Sequence record: NC_054920.1
Reading direction: 5' to 3' (one strand)
Origin: Escherichia phage vB_EcoM_G9062
DNA length: 64,000 bases
Shown: positions 9,051 to 20,494 of the stretch, one piece after another
Position numbering within the stretch: position 1 is the stretch's first letter
Layout: each line of letters begins with the position of its first letter
Notes under the pieces: generated by a model
What the model saw: only the letters and a program-made list of their open reading frames with translations
Told to the model about the DNA's origin: nothing
The model's database searches: none
Program-made: the position numbers and the translations under genes

Positions 9051-10370
9051 TCACACATAAAATACGTCATAACGACCACGGGTAACACCAACATAAAGAA
9101 GTTGTTGAGCCAATTCAGCATCTGCATAATGAATACAAGGTGTATAGATGAAAGCACGGTCTACAGACATACCCTGCGCTTTATGGAATGTTGATGCAGG
9201 AAGTGCTTTCACTTTACTAAACTGTGATTTAGCATCCCAAAAATCACTCCATGGAGCTTTTCCACCCTTATTCCAGTTTTTATAAGTTTCTGCTGTTTTA
9301 CCTAAAAATAGGTTAAACTTATATAGCTCTTCATCAGATGAAATTATTTTAATCTTTTCACGATAATATTCATCATCGCCGTAAGTTTCTACTGTTAAAT
9401 CCCAATGACGAATTAAGTATTCTCCAGAAACACCACGAGCTTTAACAAATGTTGATGTATACTCTGCTTCTATAATACGAACTAATTGTCCGTTATTAAA
9501 AATAATTTCTGACACAGGCTTTCCATCAATTTTATATGTTTTAATTAATGGTTCCTGCATTACAATAATTTCACCGACAATAAAATCTTTATCAGTTTCA
9601 AAAATCTTTTTACGAATAATGCTATTTAACTTGTCAACAGATTTATTCGTAAATGCCATTACGCGATTTTCAAACAAATCATCTAGAGATTTGACGATTG
9701 AAAAATAATTTACCATAAAATCGCGTAAAGCGGTATCACCAGTAAATCCACGTACTCCATGCCCGTCAACAACTTTATCATAAATCCACTTACCGTTACG
9801 AACGTCAGTAGCTACATCAATAATAGGAGCATTACTGCGTTTAACTTCAGTGAGTTCACACTGATAAAAATCTTTATGTGTAAAGAATGGACTGATATAA
9901 GCAGTATTTTCTCCTGGATCAACAGGTCTAATTTGCTTATTATCACCTATTCCAATTATAGTACACCAAGGTGGAATAGTTGAAAGCAGAATTTTAAATA
10001 GCTTTCTATCATACATTGACACTTCGTCGCAGATTAATACCCTGCATTTAGCTAAATCTGGTACTTCCTTCTGTTCAAAAAGAACGTTTTCTTCATACGT
10101 AACTGGGTTAATTTTAAGAATACTGTGAATAGTACTCGCTTCTTTCCCCGACAGTTTTGAAAGAATCTTTTTAGCTGCATGTGTAGGAGCTGCTAAAATA
10201 ATACCAGTTTCACCCGTAGATATTAAAGCTTCAATGATGAACTTAGTAAGAGTAGTCTTACCAGTACCAGCAGGTCCATTAATAGTTACATGATGTTTCT
10301 TTTCTTTAATAGCCCTCATAACGATGTTAAAGGCATTTTTCTGGCCTTCTGTCAAATCATCAAATGTCAT
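9051..10370 (-). CDS. dda: Dda DNA helicase, SF1 (439 aa)
   Basis: 439 aa as T4 Dda; Walker A GPAGTGKTT; Walker B LICDEVSM. Confidence 0.9.
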   Translation of the reverse strand: MTFDDLTEGQKNAFNIVMRAIKEKKHHVTINGPAGTGKTTLTKFIIEALISTGETGIILAAPTHAAKKILSKLSGKEASTIHSILKINPVTYEENVLFEQKEVPDLAKCRVLICDEVSMYDRKLFKILLSTIPPWCTIIGIGDNKQIRPVDPGENTAYISPFFTHKDFYQCELTEVKRSNAPIIDVATDVRNGKWIYDKVVDGHGVRGFTGDTALRDFMVNYFSIVKSLDDLFENRVMAFTNKSVDKLNSIIRKKIFETDKDFIVGEIIVMQEPLIKTYKIDGKPVSEIIFNNGQLVRIIEAEYTSTFVKARGVSGEYLIRHWDLTVETYGDDEYYREKIKIISSDEELYKFNLFLGKTAETYKNWNKGGKAPWSDFWDAKSQFSKVKALPASTFHKAQGMSVDRAFIYTPCIHYADAELAQQLLYVGVTRGRYDVFYV

Positions 10371-10678
10371 CGGAAAGTCCCTGCAATTGGAATACTAACA
10401 ATACGCCCAGTATCTAGAATTCGTTGATATAATCTTTGTGTATCTACATCAGGCTTAACATGTTTAACTTCTATTTTATTAAACCAAAACTTGCGTGGAG
10501 TCTCAACTAGTCTTGGAATTCCCATACCTAAAGCTAGTTTATATTGGTCTTTGAGAGTAGTAAAAACTCTATCAGCAATCTCTCTTTCAAAAAACACAGC
10601 AGGACGATGTTCATCAAGTGGAACTGGCGCCGTAAATCCGTCTTTGTCTCGGTAAACTATCGCATATACATAAACCAT
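10367..10678 (-). CDS. hypothetical protein (103 aa), dda.1 position
   Basis: ATGA overlap with dda start. Confidence 0.5.
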   Translation of the reverse strand: MVYVYAIVYRDKDGFTAPVPLDEHRPAVFFEREIADRVFTTLKDQYKLALGMGIPRLVETPRKFWFNKIEVKHVKPDVDTQRLYQRILDTGRIVSIPIAGTFR

Positions 10679-10679
10679 A

Positions 10680-11426
10680 TTATCCTCGGATAAGTTTAAA
10701 AATTGAACAATTTAGCGGGTATCCTCTTTTCAGTTTAAGTTTATCAATAAAAGACAAATTTTGATACCGCTCTACACCTTGAATAATTTTATCACACATA
10801 TCATATTGCATTTCTGCTTCTGACAGCTTTTTCACAATTTTCCAATCCGAGCCTTTAAGAAGAACGTTCAATTTAACAACTTCAGCGCCTTCTGCTATGC
10901 GAGAACCATCAATACGTGCTTTAAGTGCTATAATCCTTAGCTTAATGTCAGAGGTCTGTTTTGATTTAGAAAGCTGAGAAATGTGTTCAATTCGGTTTTC
11001 ACGTTTTTTCTGTATAGCTTTAATTTGATTATAAGTCTTTTTGATTTTAGCCCATTTCTTTTCATCTAAATTTAGTTTATGAACTTTTTTCGCAGATGAA
11101 CGACCAATTCGCAAAGCAAATAAATCACGCTTTTCAATCAACTCTTCTAAAGTATAATCAGAACGAAATGTATTATACTTTTTCTTTACTGCAATAACAT
11201 TCCCTTTAATGTATCCAACGTTATTATCAAAACGTTCTAATGATAATTTCTCTCCTTCAATACGATTATCAAAAGGTTCTCCCGAGTAAGCACAAACTTT
11301 TTGATCTAAAATGTTCTTAATGTAATTGAAGTCTAAGTTAAAATCTTTAGAACGTCTTTTTGCAGATGCCTGAGTATGCTCTAGACGACGTTTAATTTTA
11401 CGAATTTGGTTATTAGACAGCTTCAT
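10680..11426 (-). CDS. basic Lys/Arg-rich protein (248 aa), possibly Srd
   Basis: position between dda and modA and size about 29 kDa fit T4 srd from memory; sequence identity not verified. Confidence 0.5.
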   Translation of the reverse strand: MKLSNNQIRKIKRRLEHTQASAKRRSKDFNLDFNYIKNILDQKVCAYSGEPFDNRIEGEKLSLERFDNNVGYIKGNVIAVKKKYNTFRSDYTLEELIEKRDLFALRIGRSSAKKVHKLNLDEKKWAKIKKTYNQIKAIQKKRENRIEHISQLSKSKQTSDIKLRIIALKARIDGSRIAEGAEVVKLNVLLKGSDWKIVKKLSEAEMQYDMCDKIIQGVERYQNLSFIDKLKLKRGYPLNCSIFKLIRG

Positions 11427-11458
11427 ATTTTTCTCACATCTTACGGACGGTTAACTAC

Positions 11459-11492
11459 TTATACTATAACATTTTTACCTTAACTTGTAAAC
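11459..11492 (-). promoter_or_regulatory. T4-type early promoter
   Basis: minus-strand GTTTAC (11492-11487) with TATAGTATA upstream element. Confidence 0.5.
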
Positions 11493-11548
11493 AACTTTAT
11501 GAAAAATGCTTTAAAACTTTCATGGTATAATGAATCTAAGTCCTTCCA

Positions 11549-12151
11549 TTATAGATTAAATCCTTCAAAATCAAGAGTATAGATAGTGTATGTTGAATAC
11601 TTTTTATACTCGTATCTATCCGCAATTCTAAATACACTTCCAGCTGGTATCATTACTTCTTGTTCATCTGAAACTAATTCCATATTACGATAGCGATGGC
11701 TATCCGGAAACTTAAAACTCGGACTATATTCTTTACAACGTAAAGCTTTTATAGCATACTCCTGGAAATTAAACACCATAGGAGCTTTGAATTCAAAAAT
11801 AACTTGTGTGTTGTATTCTAATCCAGAAGCAAAATGTAGAGCTATATTTTTATCATATGAAGCTGATACTACTTTATCAAATGTAATAATATCAATTCCT
11901 TGATTTAACACCTGTTTAGTCTCAACTGGAACACCTCTCCAAAGAGGTTTATCGTTTGGAACCAAACGAGATTTGACTATTTCATTTAACCAAGAATGAT
12001 CGTCTGGTTTATTAGTAATACAATGAATTAAAAGTTCAATTTCAGATAAATTAAATCCTTCAGAAAGTAATTCTTCACGAATAGAAGCACGCACCGATGC
12101 ATCCATTGATTTGATTTTAAAATCTTTTAATTGCATTGCTGAATATTTCAT
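11549..12151 (-). CDS. modA: ADP-ribosyltransferase ModA (200 aa)
   Basis: 200 aa; R/S-x-S/E-x-E ART motifs (RGVP, SASYD, EQEVMIP). Confidence 0.8.
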   Translation of the reverse strand: MKYSAMQLKDFKIKSMDASVRASIREELLSEGFNLSEIELLIHCITNKPDDHSWLNEIVKSRLVPNDKPLWRGVPVETKQVLNQGIDIITFDKVVSASYDKNIALHFASGLEYNTQVIFEFKAPMVFNFQEYAIKALRCKEYSPSFKFPDSHRYRNMELVSDEQEVMIPAGSVFRIADRYEYKKYSTYTIYTLDFEGFNL

Positions 12152-12771
12152 TCAACTACCTCAATATCATACACTTTAAATGTTCCAAATGAATCGTGTA
12201 ATTTTTCTTTTGAAATAGAAGTTATTTTATACTTTCCAATTGGAATCATCCATTCTTGTTCACGTACAATCATCATTAAGTTATCAGTACGTTCTGAATC
12301 TAATCCATCAGTATCTTCATATGTATACTTAAATTCAGTATTAGGAGAAGAAAGTATAATATCGCTGATATGGTCAGAATAATTAAAAGCTTTATCAGTT
12401 TTTAAGCGAAATATTATTTCAGTGAAATACTCAACATAAGAAAAACCACATGCTGTGTGCAAACTAGTAGTAAATGAATCTACTCTGTTCGTTGAAAACA
12501 CTTCTCCGACTTGTAAATCTTTAATGAGTTCTTTTGTCGATTTTGATATACCACGATATAGCTGATAAGGCGATTTAGTTAAATGCTTTTTAACGATTTT
12601 ATTCAACTGCCGATGAAGAGCTTCATTCTTTTTGGCTTCCATACACTGCCAAAGAACTGACTGTTCAAAGTCAGTAAATTTTTCACATACCTTTTTATAC
12701 ATATCATATTGAAAATCAACGCTTTCAGCTTTTATAGATAACTGTTCAACATCTGCAAGATTAATAATCAT
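12148..12771 (-). CDS. modB: ADP-ribosyltransferase ModB (207 aa)
   Basis: 207 aa; ART motifs (YRGIS, FSTNR, EQEWMIP); paralog of ModA; ATGA overlap. Confidence 0.8.
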   Translation of the reverse strand: MIINLADVEQLSIKAESVDFQYDMYKKVCEKFTDFEQSVLWQCMEAKKNEALHRQLNKIVKKHLTKSPYQLYRGISKSTKELIKDLQVGEVFSTNRVDSFTTSLHTACGFSYVEYFTEIIFRLKTDKAFNYSDHISDIILSSPNTEFKYTYEDTDGLDSERTDNLMMIVREQEWMIPIGKYKITSISKEKLHDSFGTFKVYDIEVVE

Positions 12772-12796
12772 GATAGCCTCCGTATACTTCAGAAGC

Positions 12797-12827
12797 TATC
12801 ATATCATCGTTAGGAAGGAAAGTAAAC
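12797..12827 (-). promoter_or_regulatory. T4-type early promoter
   Basis: minus-strand GTTTAC (12827-12822), 17 nt spacer, TATGAT. Confidence 0.45.
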
Positions 12828-12838
12828 AACTTTTTGAA

Positions 12839-13021
12839 TTATTTTGCCCAGGGAGCCCAGGGCGGAGGGTCAAGATGGTATGAAGCTAGTTCTTCTAGAA
12901 GAGCATCTGGGGCTTCAATTCCATAATTCTGTAATACTATACGGTACTCTTTCTTATAATCACTAGAATCATTCTGGATATTCGTAGAATGATTATCTTC
13001 TAACATCTCAAATAAATCCAT
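12839..13021 (-). CDS. hypothetical protein (60 aa)
   Basis: minus-strand ORF; GC-rich 3' end. Confidence 0.45.
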   Translation of the reverse strand: MDLFEMLEDNHSTNIQNDSSDYKKEYRIVLQNYGIEAPDALLEELASYHLDPPPWAPWAK

Positions 13022-13029
13022 ATTAATTC

Positions 13030-13500
13030 CTAGCGATAAAAACCAAAATAACGATTAGCTTCAATAATCTTTCTTTCTTCTTCGGACATTCTCCAGCGTA
13101 GTCCAACATCAAAATGAGCCCAGACCATCTTAACAAATGCATTTATATCTTTAATATCTTCAATAATGAATGATTTACTTTTAGAAGGTTGACTCGCTAA
13201 TTTAACTTTATCGTCTTCAAACAGGTCAAAAAGACCATATTCATGGGCTCTTTTATAGCCTTTAATAGTTAAAGCTTCAGAAGAAGAAAAAGGTGAATCA
13301 GTATTCTGCAAAATATCTTCAGTATGCTTTATAATTAGAATAACATTTTCTGGATATTTTCTTTCTTTTATATCTTTAATTAAAATATCCGGATTTTCTG
13401 CTAAAGGAATAATTAATGAGCATTTTTTACCAAGAGTATTTACTGATTTACCTTCTTTAGACATAAATTCTATTGAATAATGTTTTGCTACTTCAATCAT
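13030..13500 (-). CDS. hypothetical protein (156 aa)
   Basis: minus-strand ORF; a further 49-aa ORF (about 13499-13648) appears coupled upstream. Confidence 0.5.
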   Translation of the reverse strand: MIEVAKHYSIEFMSKEGKSVNTLGKKCSLIIPLAENPDILIKDIKERKYPENVILIIKHTEDILQNTDSPFSSSEALTIKGYKRAHEYGLFDLFEDDKVKLASQPSKSKSFIIEDIKDINAFVKMVWAHFDVGLRWRMSEEERKIIEANRYFGFYR

Positions 13501-13653
13501 GCGATTTCCTTTTGCCTACTAATGGACCGTCAGGAATTTTGTTTTCCTGGATATATTTCTCATTTTCTTCCATCATTTTACTACCGATTTTAAGAAGCAA
13601 ATCCATTGCTTCATTTGCTTTAGCTTTAGCCTCTTCTAATATCATATCTCTGT

Positions 13654-13857
13654 TCACGATTTATCCCCATAGATGTCTCTCATTAATTTAAGCGCTGAGC
13701 GTTCTAATTTCTTTTCTTTCTCAGCACTAATCATTGATTTCATCCATTCTTCCGATTCGTTCTGCATTTCTTTATTTGCTTGTTCAACCCAACCATCATC
13801 AATATACATCGAGTTTGGTCTATTGAACCATTCAAGCATCTTCTTCAGAGCTTTCAT
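13654..13857 (-). CDS. hypothetical protein (67 aa)
   Basis: minus-strand ORF. Confidence 0.45.
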   Translation of the reverse strand: MKALKKMLEWFNRPNSMYIDDGWVEQANKEMQNESEEWMKSMISAEKEKKLERSALKLMRDIYGDKS

Positions 13858-14329
13858 TTGTTTTACCTAAAACAACAGTAGGAGCATCATCAAATTCATG
13901 AATTTTGAGCAAATTTGGATGTAAACTATTCCATACAGAAGAAATAAAGTATGATAAAGCATCTTCACTCGCAATTATAAATTTATTTCCTTTATCTATT
14001 TTCCAACTATATACTGAATCGTACGAATAAAAAGATAAAGGTTTATTATTATATTGTTCTGCGCTAACATTAATGTATTCTGATTTAGTAAATGCTTCAA
14101 TTGCTCTAAACGGAATATTTGGTACAGTTTCAATAATACCAATCTTTTTAAGTTTTATTTCAGCATCTTCTGGAACTGGCATTGAAACGAAATTTTCTAC
14201 GAGATACATTGGGTCACAATAACCCTTATCAATCATTACTGCTACGGTAATTGGAACGTCTTTAGCAAACGACATACTATTACTGCTAATATACATTTCA
14301 AACAAAATCGCTTCCATAATTTTCCTCAA
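13832..14329 (-). CDS. hypothetical protein (165 aa)
   Basis: minus-strand ORF. Confidence 0.5.
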   Translation of the reverse strand: MRKIMEAILFEMYISSNSMSFAKDVPITVAVMIDKGYCDPMYLVENFVSMPVPEDAEIKLKKIGIIETVPNIPFRAIEAFTKSEYINVSAEQYNNKPLSFYSYDSVYSWKIDKGNKFIIASEDALSYFISSVWNSLHPNLLKIHEFDDAPTVVLGKTNESSEEDA

Positions 14330-14667
14330 TCACAAGATGTAGATGAACAACTAGAATCACAAGAACTTCCACATGAATCGCCTTCCCATACATGAACAGG
14401 AACATTAGTATCATATGAATCAGAACTAGACTGTGTATTCTGCGTATTAGATGATGTAGTAGGTGTTGACCAGCGCCAAGGATTTTTATAATATTCTTGG
14501 GCTTCTTCATAAGTCATAGTAACTGCTTCTACTGTTCCATCTCCCATATAAACATACTCAACTACAGTTAAAGGAAGGTAGTCATTTGAAATAGGAACTA
14601 CACCTTCCCCAGGAGTCGTAGAGAAAAAATCCGTAAAGAAACTTTTAAACCAATTAAAGATAAACAT
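14326..14667 (-). CDS. hypothetical protein (113 aa) with Cys/Ser-rich C-terminal tail
   Basis: C-terminus [20 protein letters not shown]; ATGA overlap. Confidence 0.5.
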   Translation of the reverse strand: MFIFNWFKSFFTDFFSTTPGEGVVPISNDYLPLTVVEYVYMGDGTVEAVTMTYEEAQEYYKNPWRWSTPTTSSNTQNTQSSSDSYDTNVPVHVWEGDSCGSSCDSSCSSTSCD

Positions 14668-14873
14668 TACAAAAAGCCTCTCTTGAATTCGACATGCTTT
14701 TCACCATAATCATATCGAATCTCTGCATTAAATTCGACAGAACCATCTGCGTACATCATAAATGAATGCACAACAACTTCTGTAGACCATGGCTGTAGTT
14801 CATATTTCTTCATTACATGCCGTGAAATGATAATATCTAAATCTTCATTTGGTTTAATCCAACGATTTAACAT
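14667..14873 (-). CDS. hypothetical protein (68 aa)
   Basis: minus-strand ORF directly downstream of an early promoter. Confidence 0.5.
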   Translation of the reverse strand: MLNRWIKPNEDLDIIISRHVMKKYELQPWSTEVVVHSFMMYADGSVEFNAEIRYDYGEKHVEFKRGFL

Positions 14874-14900
14874 AGTGCTCTCCTCTATAAGATAATTCTA

Positions 14901-14929
14901 TTATACCATACTCATTTTGGAAAGTAAAC
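14901..14929 (-). promoter_or_regulatory. T4-type early promoter
   Basis: minus-strand GTTTAC (14929-14924), 16 nt spacer, GTATAA. Confidence 0.5.
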
Positions 14930-14944
14930 CAGTAAAATGAAAAA

Positions 14945-14962
14945 GGACTCCCGAAGGAGTCC
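14945..14962 (-). terminator. hairpin downstream of soc, C(UUCG)G loop, followed by T-run on mRNA
   Basis: plus ggactcccgaaggagtcc flanked by A-run. Confidence 0.55.
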
Positions 14963-14968
14963 TTGAAT

Positions 14969-15214
14969 TTATTCACCAGTTACTTTCCACAAATCTTCAT
15001 TTGCAGCAATCCATTCAGTACGTTGATTTTCTTCATATACTGTAGAATATGCTGCTTTTTCTGAAGGGAATGTCTGGTAATGAGCACCAGAAATTTTGTG
15101 AACGTCAGAATAAAGAGGGAAAGCTACGGAAATTTCCTTTCCTTCAATTTTCTTATTTCCATCTAATTTCTGCTCAAATGTTTTAATATTAACATAACCG
15201 CGAGTACTAGCCAT
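14969..15214 (-). CDS. soc: small outer capsid protein Soc (81 aa)
   Basis: MASTRGYVNIKTFEQKLDGNKK... matches T4 Soc as I recall it. Confidence 0.9.
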   Translation of the reverse strand: MASTRGYVNIKTFEQKLDGNKKIEGKEISVAFPLYSDVHKISGAHYQTFPSEKAAYSTVYEENQRTEWIAANEDLWKVTGE

Positions 15215-15230
15215 GTAATTCTCCTTTTAT

Positions 15231-15440
15231 TTAAATTACATGATTATTTATAATAAATTCTCGCGGAACGTTAAAATACCCGATTTTAGTTAATATAACA
15301 ACATCGCCGTTAATAATTACCAGAGAATAATCTTCTGGAGCATTAAATTTCCAATGGGCTCTAATATTATATCCATCAGAACCAAATGCTCGAGTAGCTG
15401 GTCTCCCAGCTTTTTGCCATGCGTAGAAATCAAATTTCAT
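15231..15440 (-). CDS. hypothetical protein (69 aa)
   Basis: minus-strand ORF between soc and 56, where T4 carries segF. Confidence 0.45.
   Translation of the reverse strand: MKFDFYAWQKAGRPATRAFGSDGYNIRAHWKFNAPEDYSLVIINGDVVILTKIGYFNVPREFIINNHVI
15245..15252 (-). promoter_or_regulatory. late promoter TATAAATA upstream of soc
   Basis: plus tatttata is minus TATAAATA, about 30 nt upstream of soc ATG. Confidence 0.55.
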
Positions 15441-15631
15441 TTTGAATGCTCTATAATTAATTTTAAAGCTTCTTCACTGACAAAAATTTCGTCAGGACCT
15501 TCTATAACTTCAACCATACGAAGTTGATTAGTTAAGAGCTCACATACGAGCTCCTTGTTATAATCTTTAAATAGCTGGTCAATACGTTTCTTATGGGCTT
15601 TCTTGAGCTGACGTTTATTTAAACGAGCCAT
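15437..15631 (-). CDS. hypothetical protein (64 aa)
   Basis: ATGA overlap with preceding ORF. Confidence 0.45.
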   Translation of the reverse strand: MARLNKRQLKKAHKKRIDQLFKDYNKELVCELLTNQLRMVEVIEGPDEIFVSEEALKLIIEHSK

Positions 15632-16164
15632 TAATAGCCTCGGTCTTGACGAGCGAAGTTTTCAGCATTTTTCAGATAATAAAGTTTAAAGATTTCCTCA
15701 GCTGACATTCCAAGAGCAATGAATTTATTCATGAAAAAGTGAAATTGATCAATCAGTTCAAATTTAATTTCAAGTTGATCTTCAGGAGATAAATCTTGAA
15801 TTTTCTTGGATTGCATTTCAGAATAACGTTTCTTCCAAGGTTTCCATACAGCAGAAGCTTCTTTTTCGCCATTACTCATACCGCCAAGAGAAGTATATAA
15901 CTCGCGGGTTTCATCTGCGATATAATCGTCTTGGTTTCGCAACCAAGCAAGAACTTCTCCTGCAGTTTCAAGTGAATCAGGATGACGATTTGTTTCTGGT
16001 TTATCATTAGCCAAACGAATCTGTAAATGCCGCTGCATGTCAAGCATAACCTGCAGTGGGTCAATATTGTGCATAATATTCTCAGCATATGCACGATTTG
16101 CTTTATCAACACCTTCAATCAAATGAGCACATTCATTAAAGTGAGCCATTATTTTTCCTTTCAA
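15631..16164 (-). CDS. 56: dCTP pyrophosphatase gp56
   Basis: size and position match T4 gp56; likely true start at 16149 (MAHFNE) after SD AAAGGA. Confidence 0.75.
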   Translation of the reverse strand: MKGKIMAHFNECAHLIEGVDKANRAYAENIMHNIDPLQVMLDMQRHLQIRLANDKPETNRHPDSLETAGEVLAWLRNQDDYIADETRELYTSLGGMSNGEKEASAVWKPWKKRYSEMQSKKIQDLSPEDQLEIKFELIDQFHFFMNKFIALGMSAEEIFKLYYLKNAENFARQDRGY

Positions 16165-16183
16165 TTCATTAATAAGTTAAATA

Positions 16184-16209
16184 ATTATATCATTTGAATA
16201 TGTAAGCAA
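16184..16209 (-). promoter_or_regulatory. middle promoter (MotA box) for gene 56
   Basis: minus-strand TTGCTTACA (MotA box), 11-12 nt spacer, TATAAT. Confidence 0.5.
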
Positions 16210-17549
<1,340 letters not shown>

Positions 17550-17573
17550 TATATCATCCTCAGCAATTTATTT

Positions 17574-17604
17574 TATAATACCATAACAAGCTGAGAAAGT
17601 AAAC
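17574..17604 (-). promoter_or_regulatory. T4-type early promoter
   Basis: minus-strand GTTTAC (17604-17599), 18 nt spacer, TATTATAA. Confidence 0.5.
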
Positions 17605-17648
17605 AAATTTATGAAATTTGTGATAAATATTAATTTAAAGGAGGACAT

Positions 17649-17849
17649 ATGGCACAAAAATTAATGGCACTTGTTAATGCCATCAAAGGTAATAAGAAAC
17701 GTATAGCTTTTACTATTTCTGCTATGGTAGGAATTTTACTCTGGAACTTTATTTTATCACCAATTGCAATTGCGCATGGTGTTAATATTCCAGTAGTTAC
17801 TCTTGATACATTCGTAGATCTAGCATTTGCTTTAGTTGGGTTAATTTAA
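17649..17849 (+). CDS. small hydrophobic membrane protein (66 aa), only plus-strand gene called
   Basis: strong SD AAAGGAGGA 5 nt before ATG; two predicted hydrophobic helices; near-consensus late box GATAAATA about 18 nt upstream. Confidence 0.5.
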   Translation: MAQKLMALVNAIKGNKKRIAFTISAMVGILLWNFILSPIAIAHGVNIPVVTLDTFVDLAFALVGLI

Positions 17850-18874
17850 ATCTTGGCATATTTAGATAACCGCATTTTAGCCATTAACCCCTGGGCAATA
17901 TTATTTTTCATATATTCCATAATTTGTTCAGGGGTTGCACCTTCCTTTCTAATCATATCATTAACATCTTTTGATTTCCAGGGAGATTTATCCCAAAACA
18001 TAACCCTTTCTCCTACATCAACTAATTTAGTCATTCGCTTGATAGTGTCAGGGTGACGAGGTTCATTATCTAAAACCCACACTCGTCTATCTTTAAATGG
18101 AACAACTTCTAGGTCTAATTGACCACCCGTAATAGCTATACCATTTTCAATAAAAAGTGAATCTATAGGTCCTTCTAGAACATATACATCACCATCTTTA
18201 ACTCGTTCGACTCCATATATTTTTGTTGCCTCAGGATAAGCTTTGATGGTGATATATTTTTGAGGAGCATCTTTCTTTAATGCACGTCCTTGAAAAGACT
18301 CAGCTTTTCCATTAGCATTATAAATTGGAATAACAAGACGAGGCTCAGAAATTTCCTTTTTGTATGTTCCCGGTGCTATGCTATTAACTAATTTAGGCCA
18401 TTCGGTTGTAAACCAAAGATATTTCCATTTATCCTTTGGAATACAACGAGCTTTTACATATTTTATAATTGGATGGTCTTCCGCCAGTTTATCTAATCTA
18501 ACACATGACGGAAGAGATTTAATTATTTTCTTCTCAGGATGTTTAGGAAGTTCTTTAGGTTTTTCTACTGGACGACTTTTACCTTTTTCTTTTCTTATTT
18601 CAAAGATATACTCACGATATAAATCAGGTTCAAACTCCTTTAAATATATTCCGATTGGCGCATGATAGTTACAGTTATAACAATGAATATTTCCTTCATT
18701 ATTATCACCATAATACCATCCACGGGCTTTATTTTGGTCGGTTTTTGAATCTCCACAAACTGGGCATCTAAACCGTAATTTAAAAGTTGAACTATTATTT
18801 ACTTGTGTGAATTTAGGTAAATGAGCTAATGTACGATATGCAAACTCATTATCAATCCAAGGTATTGATGACAT
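17846..18874 (-). CDS. 61: DNA primase gp61 (342 aa)
   Basis: 342 aa; N-terminal zinc ribbon CPVCGDS...CYNCNYH. Confidence 0.9.
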   Translation of the reverse strand: MSSIPWIDNEFAYRTLAHLPKFTQVNNSSTFKLRFRCPVCGDSKTDQNKARGWYYGDNNEGNIHCYNCNYHAPIGIYLKEFEPDLYREYIFEIRKEKGKSRPVEKPKELPKHPEKKIIKSLPSCVRLDKLAEDHPIIKYVKARCIPKDKWKYLWFTTEWPKLVNSIAPGTYKKEISEPRLVIPIYNANGKAESFQGRALKKDAPQKYITIKAYPEATKIYGVERVKDGDVYVLEGPIDSLFIENGIAITGGQLDLEVVPFKDRRVWVLDNEPRHPDTIKRMTKLVDVGERVMFWDKSPWKSKDVNDMIRKEGATPEQIMEYMKNNIAQGLMAKMRLSKYAKI

Positions 18875-18877
18875 TCT

Positions 18878-19042
18878 TTACTCTTCTTTTTCTTTAGATT
18901 CCTCTTTTTTCTTTTTAGGAATCTGTTCAGGACCTTTATTTACTACAGCACCTGACGTTGTTCCAGTGGAGATATTTTCAGGATTACCACCTGAATCTCC
19001 AGCTACCATATCTTCTTTAATAAATTCTTTATATGTTTTCAT
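18878..19042 (-). CDS. small acidic/lysine-rich protein (54 aa), not in ORF track
   Basis: my translation MKTYKEFIKEDMVAGDSGGNPEN...; sits where T4 has 61.1. Confidence 0.45.
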   Translation of the reverse strand: MKTYKEFIKEDMVAGDSGGNPENISTGTTSGAVVNKGPEQIPKKKKEESKEKEE

Positions 19043-19043
19043 A

Positions 19044-19670
19044 TTAACCTCTATTCATAAAAGCATTAAAAATTTGGTCATCAATAGAAACATCTACTTT
19101 AGACTGTTTTTCTGATGGTAATTCATATCCACATATTACAATTTTGTGATCAATATCAAAATACACAGAAGCAATATGATTAATGATGTTTTCAGTAAAG
19201 TCTAAATCAACATCAATATCTTTTTGACCACAGCCCAAAGGATAAATAATGCGAGTAATTCGATTATCTTTAACAAAGATTCCACCGACATACTCTGTGC
19301 TGCGTTTAAAGTCTACACGCCAACGAAATGAAAAATATTCAGGCTCTTTATGAGCTCTGCTCATAGGACACAACGAGTAACTAGAATAAGAGATGTCAAA
19401 TCCTACGCCTTCAATATGAGCCAAAGTATCATGATTAAACCAATTATAATCGTACGCCAAATCCATTAGATTATAATATGTAAAAGGCACCGGATTAACG
19501 TCATTAATCACAAGCATGTAATTAGCAACTGCTATAATTTCATTGTTTTTAACGAATACAAACCGTGATTGATGCGAATGACCTGGACCCGCGTTTTCAC
19601 GATTAATGATATAACACTGGGCACCTTTATATTTGTATGTATCTTTGCACTTGTGCATTTGATAGAGCAT
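19044..19670 (-). CDS. hypothetical protein (208 aa), 61.2 position
   Basis: minus-strand ORF. Confidence 0.55.
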   Translation of the reverse strand: MLYQMHKCKDTYKYKGAQCYIINRENAGPGHSHQSRFVFVKNNEIIAVANYMLVINDVNPVPFTYYNLMDLAYDYNWFNHDTLAHIEGVGFDISYSSYSLCPMSRAHKEPEYFSFRWRVDFKRSTEYVGGIFVKDNRITRIIYPLGCGQKDIDVDLDFTENIINHIASVYFDIDHKIVICGYELPSEKQSKVDVSIDDQIFNAFMNRG

Positions 19671-19963
19671 TATTCACCTACCACTTCAGCGATGATATTT
19701 TTATTATTAAAGTTTTTATCGCAATACAGAACATAATTATACTGCATTACACCACCAGACTTAAGTTGTTTTTGCACTTTAGCTTTCATTTCAGGACGAT
19801 CGCGCTCAACGATATTCATAATATCCGCTTCAATTTGAGTTTCAACTTCAGTCTGATCTGCAGTCATAGACCATTCGCACAAATCTTTGTCATAACCCGC
19901 CATAGCAGGCTGAGCAGCGCAAGAAGATAAAGCAAAAATTGCAGCAAAGATAAATTTTTTCAT
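19670..19963 (-). CDS. sp: periplasmic Spackle protein (97 aa)
   Basis: 97 aa with cleavable signal peptide; position between 61 and 41. Confidence 0.75.
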   Translation of the reverse strand: MKKFIFAAIFALSSCAAQPAMAGYDKDLCEWSMTADQTEVETQIEADIMNIVERDRPEMKAKVQKQLKSGGVMQYNYVLYCDKNFNNKNIIAEVVGE

Positions 19964-20023
19964 GATAATCTCCTCAGTAGTTTATGTTTATATAGTATCT
20001 CAATTTCCAATAAAAGTAAACAG

Positions 20024-20281
20024 TTATTTTAAAACTTCTGCATAATCACATGTTACAAACTGTTTCTCTAACTTGGCGATTTTACGAAAGTATCTTTTGC
20101 ATTGACGAATCTGTCGCTTTGTAGGGCGCACAGCAAACTTAATAAATTCCACTCGACCAAATGGAGGGCTTTCTTCTGCCGGAATATCTAATACTAATTC
20201 CCACGTATCTGCAATAAGTGCTTTGAATTGAGTATTTTTCCTGACATTATACGGAGTAGGTTTAAATAAAACGATATGCAT
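20024..20281 (-). CDS. hypothetical protein (85 aa)
   Basis: minus-strand ORF. Confidence 0.5.
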   Translation of the reverse strand: MHIVLFKPTPYNVRKNTQFKALIADTWELVLDIPAEESPPFGRVEFIKFAVRPTKRQIRQCKRYFRKIAKLEKQFVTCDYAEVLK

Positions 20282-20282
20282 A

Positions 20283-20465
20283 TTATCCTCGGCAATCTAC
20301 TTCACATACTTTCTTGTCATCAATGAAAGCTTTAACTAATGCTTTATTAACTTCAGCATACTGAGTAGTAACCCATTGAACATCATCTTTCATCATTGCG
20401 GTTTCTTTAGTAAACATGCTTTCATTCTTAAACCACCCCATAAAAACTACCTTTACCAATTCCAT
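20283..20465 (-). CDS. dmd: Dmd antitoxin (60 aa)
   Basis: 60 aa MELVKVVFMGWFKNESMF... matches T4 Dmd as I recall it. Confidence 0.8.
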   Translation of the reverse strand: MELVKVVFMGWFKNESMFTKETAMMKDDVQWVTTQYAEVNKALVKAFIDDKKVCEVDCRG

Positions 20466-20494
20466 AACAATCTCCTCATTTAACCAACAAGACT

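Noticed and set aside
10680-11426. Degenerate HNH-like pattern (CAYSGEPF...ERFDNNVGY) in the basic 248-aa protein
   Set aside because: Key metal-ligand Cys/His residues are missing, so the resemblance may be coincidental. Left as a hypothetical Srd-like protein.
15876-16118. Minus-strand 80-aa ORF inside gene 56 in another frame
   Set aside because: Fully nested in the dCTPase gene; no SD or promoter.
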